This document shows, piece after piece, positions 53,832-64,000 of a DNA stretch of 64,000 bases. The stretch is taken from NCBI GenBank assembly GCA_964016885.1, contig OZ024743.1:314898001-314962000 (forward strand), in the 5' to 3' direction. The notes under the pieces were generated by a model. That model was not told where the DNA came from. It did no database searches and saw only the letters and a list, made by a program, of their open reading frames with translations. Position 1 is the first letter of the stretch, and each line of letters opens with the position of its first letter. The translations under genes were made by a program, and so were the position numbers. The stretch is from Eledone cirrhosa. Its lineage: Eukaryota.

Positions 53832-55140
53832 TTTGAGTCTCAGTCATTGATGTTAGTTAACTGGAAAGTTTGTTGAAATGAATATCAAGCCACTACCTGC
53901 AGCCTGAGATATTCAGGACGTATCGGAGTGTTCTTGCTCTTCCCAGCAAGCATGCCTTTTGAAGCGTTCCAAAAATCATGACGAGGCCAATTTTCTTTAA
54001 CCATCCCTGGAAACTTTTGGAGATAGTCCCCAGTGCGCCTATGACAATCGGGATCACTTTGACTTCATGGCAGTTCCAAATCCTTTTCACCTCCCACTTT
54101 AGGTCCTGGTATCGGTTAATTTTCTCCCTCTCCTTCTCTTGCACTCTCGTGTCGAAAGGGCAGGCCACATCCACAATCAGACACGATCTTTTTTCTTTGT
54201 CCACAACCACCAGGTCAGGTCTATTGTGTTCCAGTTTTTTGTCCGTCTGTATCCTAAAATCCCACAGCACCTTCTCCTGATTGTTCTCCATCACCGCCTC
54301 TGGCCTATGCTCATACCATTTCTCAGAATGTGGTAAATTGTTTACTTTGCACAGGTGCCAGTGGATCACCCTGCCCATCACGTCGTGTCTCCAGCCCTTA
54401 TAGTGGGTCTGGGCTAGGTGTTTACACTCGGACACAATGTGAGCCACAGTCTCCTCTCTCTCTCCACAGATCCTGCACAGTGGGCTAGCCTCCTCCTTGT
54501 AAATATGGTGCTTCAACCACTTCGTTTTGGGGGCCTACTCCTGCGCAGCCATTAGCATTCCTTCTGTAGCCTTTTTGAGGTCTCCTCTTCTCATCCAGTT
54601 CCATGTCTGTGGATCTCTAAATTCAGTTTTCTCAAAGAAGGTACTATGAAGGGATTTCCCCTTAAGGCTGCTCTTCCTCCTTGATGTTATTTCCTCCTTG
54701 GACATCCCCTGGCCTACTGTCCCCTCCTTCAGTACAGTTCTGAGCATTGGCTCCTTACTATCAGTCACGTATTTGTGTAGGTTGTTTTTCTCCATCTGAA
54801 CACAGGCCTCTATGCTGATAAGACCTCTTCCACATTTAGAGATCTCCTTAAGTAGAGTCTATCGACATCACTCCTCTTGTGGAACATGTTTTAGATAGTC
54901 AATAGCTTCCTAGTCTTCCTATCCATTTCTTTTTGTTCAGCAACATTCCATCACAGGATTCCCGCACTGTACCTAATAATAGACACAGCTCGGGAATTTA
55001 CTGCACTTATGGCATTCGTACCGTTCAGATGTGACTTTAATACGCTCCTTACACTCCGAATGTATTCAGATCTTATCAATTCCTTCATTTTTTTGTTCTT
55101 GATGTCATCAGCCTCCAGAACACCCAAATACTTGTATCCT
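53832..55140 (-). mobile_element. 5'-truncated R4/Dong-clade LINE (zinc knuckle and restriction-like endonuclease)
   Basis: CRICGEREETVAHIVSEC, RHD, HNRPDLVVVD..IVDVACP and PIVIGALG; 3' end GACTGAGACTCAAA followed by (TAA)n. Confidence 0.93.
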
Positions 55141-55157
55141 TCTTCTTCTTCTTCTTC

Positions 55158-55212
<55 letters not shown>

Positions 55213-55213
<1 letters not shown>

Positions 55214-58200
55214 TGAGTCTCAGTCATTGATGTTAGTTAACTGGAAAGTTTGTTGAGATGAATATCAAGCCACTACTTGCAGCCTCAGATATTCAGGACG
55301 TATCGGAGGGTTCTTGCAGTTCCCAGCATGCATGCCTTTTGAAGCGTTCCAAAAAGCGTTAAGGGGCCAATTTTCTTTAACCATCCCTGGAAACTTTTTG
55401 AGACAGTCCCTAGTGCGCCTATGACAATCGGGATCACTTTGACTTCATGGCAGTTCCAAATCCTTTTCACCTCCCACTTTAGGTCCTAGTATCGGTTAAT
55501 TTTCTCCCTCTCCTTCTCTTGCACTCTCGTGTCGAATGGGCAGGCCACATCCACAATCAGGTACAATCTTTTATCTTTGTCCAAAACCACCAGGTCAGGT
55601 CTATTGTGTTCCAGGTTCTTGTCCGTCTGTATCCTAAAATCCCACAGCACCTTCACCTGATCGTTTTCTATCATCGCCTCTGGCTTATGCTCATACCACT
55701 TCTCAGAATGTGGTAAATTGTTTATTTTGCATAGGTGCCAGTGGATCACCCTGCCCATCACATCATGTCTCCAGCCCTTATAGTGAGACTGGGCTAGGTG
55801 TTTACACTTGAATACAATGTGAGCCACAGTCTCCTCTCTCTCTCCACAGATCCTGCACAGTGGGCTTGCCTCCTCCTTGTAAATATGGTGTTTCAGCCAC
55901 TTCGTTTTGAGGGCCTGCTCTTGCGCAGCCATTAACATTTCTTCTGTAGCCTTTTTTAATGTCGCCTCTTTTCAACCAGTTCCATGTCTGTGGATCTCTG
56001 AATTCAGTTTTCTCAAAGAAGGTACTATGAAGGGATTTTCATAAAGGCTGCTCTTTCTCCTTGTTTTTATTTCCTCCTTGGAAATCCCCTGGTCTATTGT
56101 GCTCTCCTTCAGTACAATTCTGAGCATTGGCTCCTTACTATCAGTCACGCATTTGTGTAGGTTGTTTTTCTCTATCTGAACACAGTCCTCTATGCTGATA
56201 AGACCTCTTCCACCTTCAGATCTCCTTAAGCAGAGTCTATCGACATCACTCCTCTTGTGGAACATGTTGTAGATAGTCAATAGCTTCCTAGTCTTCCTAT
56301 CCATTTCTTTTTGTTCAGCAACATTCCATCTCAGAATTCCCGCACTACCTAATAATAGACACAGCTCGTGAATTTACTGCACTTATGGCATTCCTACTGT
56401 TCAGATGTGACTTTAATACGCTCCTTACTCTCCGAATGTATTCAGATCTTATCAATTCCTTCATTTTTTTGTTCTTGATGTCATCAGCCTCCAGAACACC
56501 CAAATATTTGTATCCTTCTTCAGTGTCAATTTCCTTTATCATCTCACCTGTTGGTACCTGGATTCTGTTGCTTCTGTTCAATGTACCCCTCTTCATCACA
56601 AGGACGCCACACTTACTAATACCAAATTGCATACATATATCATTGCTGAAAATACGGACAGTGTCAACAAGCACATCCAACTCCTTCTCACTCCACTCGA
56701 ATAGCTTAGATCGTTCATGAAGAGGAGGTGATTGATGGTAAGCTCTCCCTTTCCCAAATTGTATCCTGCTCTCACTTTTCGCAGTATAATGGTCAGGGGC
56801 ATCAGGGCAAGGACAAACAACAGAGGGGACAGACTATCTCCCTGGAAGATACCTCTCTTGATCTTCACGCCTCCCAAGGATTCTCCAGCTGAAGTTAACT
56901 CTGTTTTCCAGGACTTCATACTTTTGCCCAACAACTGTTTGATGTTATCTGCCACCTTGAAGATCTCTAGGCTTTTGTTGATCCAAGAATGAGGCACCAT
57001 GTCAAGTGCCTTTTTGTAGTCTATCCATCCCATGGCAAGACCAGTGTGTCTCCTCTTGCAATTCATCATTACCATCTTATCAATAAGTAACTGGTCCTGT
57101 GTACCACGGGACTACTTTCGGCATCCTTTCTGTTCGTCCGGTAGCAAGTTGTTTGTGTGGAGGTGATGGTAGATTTCCTCAGACATAATGCTTGTCAACA
57201 GTTTCCACATTACGAACAGACATGTGATAGGTCTATAGTTGGTAACATCATTACCCTTGATTCGGTCTTTCAATACCAGAACTGTGGTATCCTTTGTCAA
57301 CCACTCTGGTACCTCACCTGACATCAAGCAGTCATTGAACATGGTTGTCAGTTTCGGGTGGAGGGATGTTATATTTTTAATCCAATACCCCTGCACACCA
57401 TCTGGGCCTGGTGATTTCCGGTTGGTTAGTTTTTTGGACTGCCCCTCAAGAGTTTCAACTGTGATACTCAAATCAGTTTGTTGGTGTGCCTGTTCACTAA
57501 TCTCCTTCTGTACTGTCTCAATCCACACTGCCTGGTCATTATGTTTAACATCCTGCTCCCATATTCCTCTCCAGAATGTTTTAGTTTGTTCCGCCTCAGG
57601 GATCAAGTCGTTGCCTCTTTCTTTCCCTTCAAGCTGTCCAAACCTCATCTTCTGGTTGTTGTCAAACATGCGGTTCTGTCTATACTGACTGACTCTGTTC
57701 TCGTATCGCCTGATTTTTGCACTCTTTGCTACAATGCGTTGCTTCAGTTCCTCTATGATAATATTTAGCTTTTTCCTCCTAGTTTTGTACTTTATTTCCA
57801 GTCTATTTTTAGTATCTATGTTTTTTAGTGTCCCATTCAGTAGGGACTCAAGCTTTCCAATGTCATTTCTCGTTTCCCTTATTTGACCACTCATTTGTTT
57901 CTTCCACCAAGGCTCTGCTCTCTGTTGTCTGTTGTTTACTCTCGCTTTTATACCAAGTAGTTTCCTCACCGTATTTGCTGTTGCTTTGAGGATATTGTTG
58001 CACTGGTGAAGGCTCCTCGCCTCAAGGTATGGGATGACTTTGTTTACCTTAGCTGTTGTTTCTTTTAACTTTTTCCTGTCTACAAATCTTAGGTTCATAG
58101 GTCTCCCACTATCATTGTTCAATTAATCTACCACTAAGTTTAGGATATCAACCGAATCTTGTCCTAGCCCGTCAGCATTCATCTCCTCAGTGCCCGTATC

Positions 58201-58770
58201 TCTGTTCCAGGTATTATTTATCTCAGCCTTCAAATCATTGTCTGCTTCGGGTGGTTCCTCCGTTCTCTCAACCTCTTAGCCTTCATTTCCCACTGGCTCG
58301 TTTGCCTGGCATACTCCACTCTCCATTTCCAACCTAATCTCTCTGCTCAGTTCCACCAGTTCCAGCTCGCTTATCCACCCATTAGTTCTTATTACCCGAG
58401 CCTGCCCGGCCAATTTTTGTTCATCAAATAGACCAATCTCGTTCCAGATGTTATGCATCCGTTTCCTATAGCCTTTCTCCTTGGGCTTACTCTTCAGGTA
58501 ACATTGCATAACAGTTCTATTCAATTCTATCGTTCAGTTGGTTCTGGTCCCTTTCCTTCTTCTTCTTCCTCCGACACCAGCAGTATTTGGTTGACGGCCA
58601 GGTCCCTGCTGCTGAGCCAGGGGGCACCTGCTGGGTGAGAGTCTGTCACATGACATTCCAGTCTCCACTTCACCGTTATTCGAACTGTTTAGGTTCGACA
58701 TTTAAACTCTCCTATCGAGGATTGGTTAATGTATGCTTACATAACCACCGGTGATTTCATCACCCACGCT
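55213..58770 (-). mobile_element. Near full-length, decayed R4/Dong-clade LINE
   Basis: [45 protein letters not shown] and RLE domain, with frameshifts; (TAA)n tail at 55158-55212. Confidence 0.95.
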
Positions 58771-59525
58771 GTAGACGAACATAAATAAACAAACAAACAA
58801 ATAGGTAAAAAAAAAATCAAAAAGGAATAAGCTTAAGTTTCATTGTAATGTAATGTTTGAATGTCTGACTGTGCTGTTTTGATTTTGATTTTTGTTTTTT
58901 TGATTTTTTGACCGGGTCATAAAATCAGTCTATTTATATCTTTTGATGCCTTCCTCTTTTAGTGGGGACACTACGATGCATGTCTTAGCAGGAGCTAGTG
59001 GGAGAGAATAGCGGTGGTAGTGATAATGAGGCAGTGGAGGTGGTGGTGGTGGTGCTGTGCTAGTAGTACTTAGCAGGATGTAGTGGGAGAGAATAACGGC
59101 GGTAGCGATAATGAGGCAGTGGTGATGTGATCGTAGTACTGTAGTGATGGTGTTGAAGTTGAAGTAGAAATAGAAGTTGAGGTAACTTGACTAGAGTTTT
59201 TTGCGTGGTAGTGGTGATGGTGGCGGTGGTGGTGTTGGTGGTGACATTATTTGCCTGTCTGTCCACTTAGCCATTTAGCTATTTAGCCATTTTGCCATTT
59301 TCCTCTTTTTCGACTATAACATTTCTGATCTAAAGTTAAATATTAAATATTGGGGCCCTATGCCGTAAAGTGACGCGTTATGGCTTGCTGAGCGGCAAAA
59401 CTGTAATCTTATAATTCATTTGTAATAAGAATTATTCTATCACAGTTGTTTTAAAGAAGTAAAAATCAAAAACTTACGGGAACGATTCCATAACGATATA
59501 TATCCACCATGTGCGTTTTCTTCCC

Positions 59526-59564
<39 letters not shown>

Positions 59565-59565
<1 letters not shown>

Positions 59566-62500
59566 GGCGACCTACGTAGGAAATCGTATTATCGTGAGCT
59601 CCACGAAGGTTTGTTGTTTTCAGTTGTTTCAAATTGCCTGTTATGGAAAACCTTTTTTGTTAAGTGTTTATAAGTTCACATATATTGCTTTCTGAAAAGG
59701 GCACTCAACATTATTGGGGCCGTGAGCCCAAAATGTAACCATTATATTCAGCAAACAAAAAATTCCTTTGAAAAAAAACATGGACGGCATTCAGCTACCA
59801 AAAGCTGCTGACAGATTCTCTAACAGACTAACATCTCCCACTAACACCGCCACCATTGTAAACCTTGCTACGATTGCCAACATGGAAAATATAAGTAATA
59901 GCAGTGGCAAATATTTAGATTTGTCATATACAGACATGGATTTCCCGCCATTACCAATGTCTACAGGTGTTAAAACCGCCATCCCCACCACCACAATATC
60001 AAAACGAACAACCAACACCACTAATACCACCACTACAGCAACAACTGAAACAAAAAATAAATTATCTCGTGATATCGAAATGGATTCTCCGAAAATCGAC
60101 ACTTCCAGGCCGAACGCCACTGACACGACCACGACCACATCGAAACTAAAAATAATAATAACAAAAACAACAATAACAACAACAGCAACAACAGCAACAA
60201 TAAAAATAACAACAACACAGGCGCAAAACCAAAAGTGTCGTTTGCGAAAGCGGCAAACAAAAATTAAGTGGTTGAGGTAGGCCAGGAAGAATTGAATGAA
60301 GCGAAGCCAATAGTAAAAAAATATGGATACAGGGTCAGCCTCACTCCCCTCCCCCATGTAATAACATGGAGCATCGGTGCCTATGCACCGTGTCACATCG
60401 CACGATAAACATTAAAATACGCCGAGTGGAACAGGCATCCGAGTCCCAGATACAAAATCTTTGGGACATGATTGGGCTAAAAAAAACCATATCAGACGTG
60501 GGCAAAAATATAGAACCGTGGACGTGTTCTTTAGAACCACATAGCAAGCGAGAGAGCACTCTATGGCCCCATTTAAAAGAGACGAATTCACACTCCTCCC
60601 AACCTATTGTGGTCAGAGGCTGGTAAGGATCAGAGTGACCCAAGTTCCGCTGCACATTGAAATTCCCTATCTAATGGCTGCCGTCCTCGCCAACATCGAG
60701 GCTAATACTAAAGTAATTGAGGTGATAAAAGTAAAGCAGGAGAACTAGTCCGGGTCTGGGATGGAGCTCCTGATCCATGCGGACCAAAAAGAAGATACAG
60801 AAAATTCCAGAGGTGATAGACCTCAATGACGGCAGCTACCTCACCGTAATAGTTGAGGGTAGAAGGCCAATGTGTGTCGTTTGTGGCGAAGGAACACACC
60901 TAAATGCTTTCTGCCCTCAGGCTAAAAAGTTGAGGCCACCTCTCCTGCCTACACCAGTAATTCAACCATCAAAACCAGCAGCAGAAATGGCAGCAACAAC
61001 TGTAGCAGCAACAACAGAAGCAACTGTAGCAGCAACAACCCCAGTAACTGTAGCAGCAACAGTAGCACAACCAACACTACCACCACCCATCGCGCCAGAA
61101 TTAGGACCAGCGCCTCCACCATCCACCAAGCCACAGCCAAAACCAACGCCTGTGGAGGATTTTCCATTTCCCGGCCTATCGCAACTGGAGAGAGATTGTG
61201 ACGACGAGGAGGAGTGGGAAATTGTATCTGGAAATAAAAAAGAAACCAAAAACAAAAAATCCTCTTCCTTCGCCCTCCAAAAACAAAATACAGGGCGAAA
61301 CAAACAAACAAACTAACAAAAAAGTTAAGACAGGTATGTCACCACCCACACCAGTATTACCAGCCCATCAGCACAAACACCCGCCATCACCATCATTATC
61401 CCCAACACCACTATCACCAACACCATAAAAATCACCAACCAGAGAAACAGAAACAAACCCACAACAAACGCAAACGATACAAAGCAACCAAAACGATACA
61501 CACTACACAGCATTAAATTTGAACAACAACCAATTATTACACTACGTCCAACAAAACACTATTTTCACAGAAAAATACTATACAACACGCCAAAAATGCA
61601 CACCGCCCCCACACGTACAAATCACTCACATCACACAGAAAATATTAACGACACTAAAATTAAAATTCCCCAAGTACATCGGAGACTTCATACAAATACT
61701 TTCCAGGAATTTATAAAGACATCCTTCCGGAGGGGGCAACAAACAGTGAGAGGGACGGAAAAACCATCTTCCTCCACAAGAAGTGAGGTAATTGGACTTT
61801 CCCATCTTTTGCCACTCCTTTTCAACATGACCTTACTCAGAATAGGCAGCATAAATGCGAGTGGCCTGGGATCGTCATGGAAGCAAGGCCACCTGCTAAA
61901 CGACCTCAGGTCACTAAACATAGATGTGGTGACCATCAGCGAGACCAGAATCTCCGAGCTACGAGCCTTCCCATCGATGTTCGGCGGCTACGATGTACAC
62001 GCATCTCCCAGCCGTCCAGGACCGGGGGGAGGAGTTGCTGTGCTTTTTCAGAAAGGCTTGGATCTCGCCATACGGGCCATTATCCTGGACACTGAAGGTA
62101 AGTTGGTGGTGCTTGACGTGGCCAGTGGAGACGGGCAAACTTTCAGGCTAGTGGCCGTCTACTCTACGACAGGAGCAGGGCGGCCTGATTTCTTCCGGCG
62201 TCTGAAGACCTTTCTTGGAACGTCCCGCTCTTCAGTGTTAGTGGGCGACTGGAACGGGATCTTAGATGCACGCTGGGACTGTGTGAGATTAGCGGATAGG
62301 GGAGGAGGGTGTAAAAGACTTGCAAACCTCTTCAGACGGTTTCAGCTGTCTGACAGGTACCGTATGGATTTCCCGAATGTGCCAATGTGGACACGGACAA
62401 AACTCATCGGGTCATCCAGATCATGTCTAGATAGGGTGTTTTGTAGGGAAATAGATAGGTCTAGCATAGGATGTCCACAATTCAAAATAGTCGACCACAC

Positions 62501-62648
62501 GGACCACAAATTCGTGATCTGTGAGGTTGAATTAGATAGGCTTCATAGACAGGGCCCCGGCTACTGGAAGCTAAACGCATCGTTAACAGCGCGCAAGGCC
62601 TACACAGACAGGATTAACGAACTAGTTATCAAAAAAACAAAAACATAG
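59565..62648 (+). mobile_element. Tx1/L1-type LINE 5' portion: 5' UTR, decayed ORF1 with CCHC knuckle, APE endonuclease of ORF2
   Basis: Begins right after (TTA)n. ORF1 has CVVCGEGTHLNAFC; ORF2 has GSINASG, ISET, GDWNG.LD, LDRV, TDHK and GPGYWKLNAS. Confidence 0.92.
61827..62648 (+). CDS. APE-type endonuclease domain of LINE ORF2 (3'-truncated)
   Basis: Part of ORF 61596-62648 starting at MTLLRIGSIN; canonical exonuclease III/APE motifs. Confidence 0.85.
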   Translation: MTLLRIGSINASGLGSSWKQGHLLNDLRSLNIDVVTISETRISELRAFPSMFGGYDVHASPSRPGPGGGVAVLFQKGLDLAIRAIILDTEGKLVVLDVASGDGQTFRLVAVYSTTGAGRPDFFRRLKTFLGTSRSSVLVGDWNGILDARWDCVRLADRGGGCKRLANLFRRFQLSDRYRMDFPNVPMWTRTKLIGSSRSCLDRVFCREIDRSSIGCPQFKIVDHTDHKFVICEVELDRLHRQGPGYWKLNASLTARKAYTDRINELVIKKTKT

Positions 62649-64000
62649 CGGAGCCAGGCTGTTCAGTTTTCAGTTTGTTGTCGTGCAACAGCGAGTCAAA
62701 CGTGGAGACTAATAACCCTGCCCCTCCCGCACAATTTTAAAATGTAACATCAGGCAATATCTCCACCACCAGTACCACCATCAACAACAACACCAACAGC
62801 TGTGAGATCACTAATAGAAATAATGATGACAACACCAACAACGACAGCAAGAACGACATCAAGGACAACTATATCAACAATAGTTACAACCAGAACAACA
62901 AAAACAAAAATAACAACAAAAGCAGCGGTGATGACGAAACCACACAACATATAGGAGCTGCCTAACTACATCATTCTCAAAGGCTGCCAACAATGTTGAA
63001 AGAGTACGCGGCAGTGATAGGGATATGAGGAAGGCCAAGTTGTTGGTAAAAAAAAAAAGGACACAGGGTAAGACTCACCAACCTACCCAACGTCATGAAA
63101 AACCGACGTTTGTGTACGGTCTCCTACCGTACACTTGAACTGAAATCGCGCCAGGTGGAACGGATGACCAGATTCAAAGAGCTATGGGTGCCGTTTGGCA
63201 CAGAAAATCCATATAGCCCGAGGATCGAAGTATGGCACAGTGACTGTTCTCTTCGCTACACCCGAAAAAGCCAGAGTACACTTTATTACGCCACTCCGAA
63301 GTGACGAAATAATGATGATGTCCACATGTTGCGGCGAGAGTCACAAGGGACCGAGTGACCCAGGTTCCGCCCTCAATGGAGATCGCTTTGCTGATGGCGG
63401 CAGTCCTCGCTGACGTCGAGGAGTCAACAACAATCCTAGACGAAAACTGGTTAGGCTTAGGGATGGAGCTAATCATCCAATCAAACAATGAGAGCATAGA
63501 AGCCATCCCCGATTTGATCGATCTCGACGACGGCAGCCATCTACTGTGACTGTCGAAGGTTTCACGAGTGTCGAGACAAAACACATCTTAGGGCCTTCTT
63601 CCCCAAACTCACCAAGGCGGGCGCGCGCTCCCCTCTTCTCCCCACACCGTTCCACGCGACTGGAGTGGCCAAAACACCCGAGGCCGCAGTGGCAGAAAAA
63701 CTACCAGCCCCACCAACACTAACTACAAAAACACCGTCTCCTCCACCACAAACATCACCAACAAGACCAATGGAGAGCATGCCCCTTGTTGGTATCAATA
63801 AATTGGACAGGGAGTGTGATGACACTGAAGGTGGAAAACTATAGAACCGAAAAAGAAAACATAGAACTCCCTGACAAAAAAAAGAGTAGGAAAAAACAAA
63901 AAAATCAAAATGTCAACGACCACACCACTATCACCATCAAAAACCACACCCCATCAACCACCTACACCAACACCAACACCATAATGATCATCTACCCCAA
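62649..64000 (+). mobile_element. Further Tx1-type LINE 5' region (decayed ORF1), running off the window
   Basis: RLCTVSYRT, VTQVPP.MEI..LMAAVLA and IPDLIDLDDGSHL parallel the 60.3-60.9 kb ORF1. Confidence 0.85.

Noticed and set aside
59791-61311. Hydrophobic minus-strand ORFs (201, 120 and 113 aa)
   Set aside because: Antisense shadows of the Thr/Pro-rich LINE ORF1.

Overview
AT-rich, repeat-dense eukaryotic DNA, most likely a coleoid cephalopod (Octopus-like). This is inferred from the tRNA-derived SINE families and the very high (TA)n/(CA)n/(GATA)n content. Only one convincing host coding sequence is present: an intronless 427-aa ORF (10754-12037, minus strand). It is a highly divergent ZMPSTE24/Ste24 (peptidase M48) paralog whose catalytic residues are lost (HExxH to HKLGH, third zinc ligand E to N). 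The rest is mobile DNA: Tx1/L1-type LINEs, R4/Dong-type RLE LINEs, CRE and RTE fragments, a decayed maT/mariner, many SINEs and several Penelope-like (GIY-YIG) elements. The most striking unannotated signal is a dense field of about 10-14 type I hammerhead-ribozyme motifs, mostly between 22 and 43 kb. Several have ~100-nt stem II insertions and sit in long inverted repeats with perfect nested palindromes, embedded in (TA)n. Each retroelement class also appears to occupy its own microsatellite. Coordinates were read by eye and may be off by a few bases.
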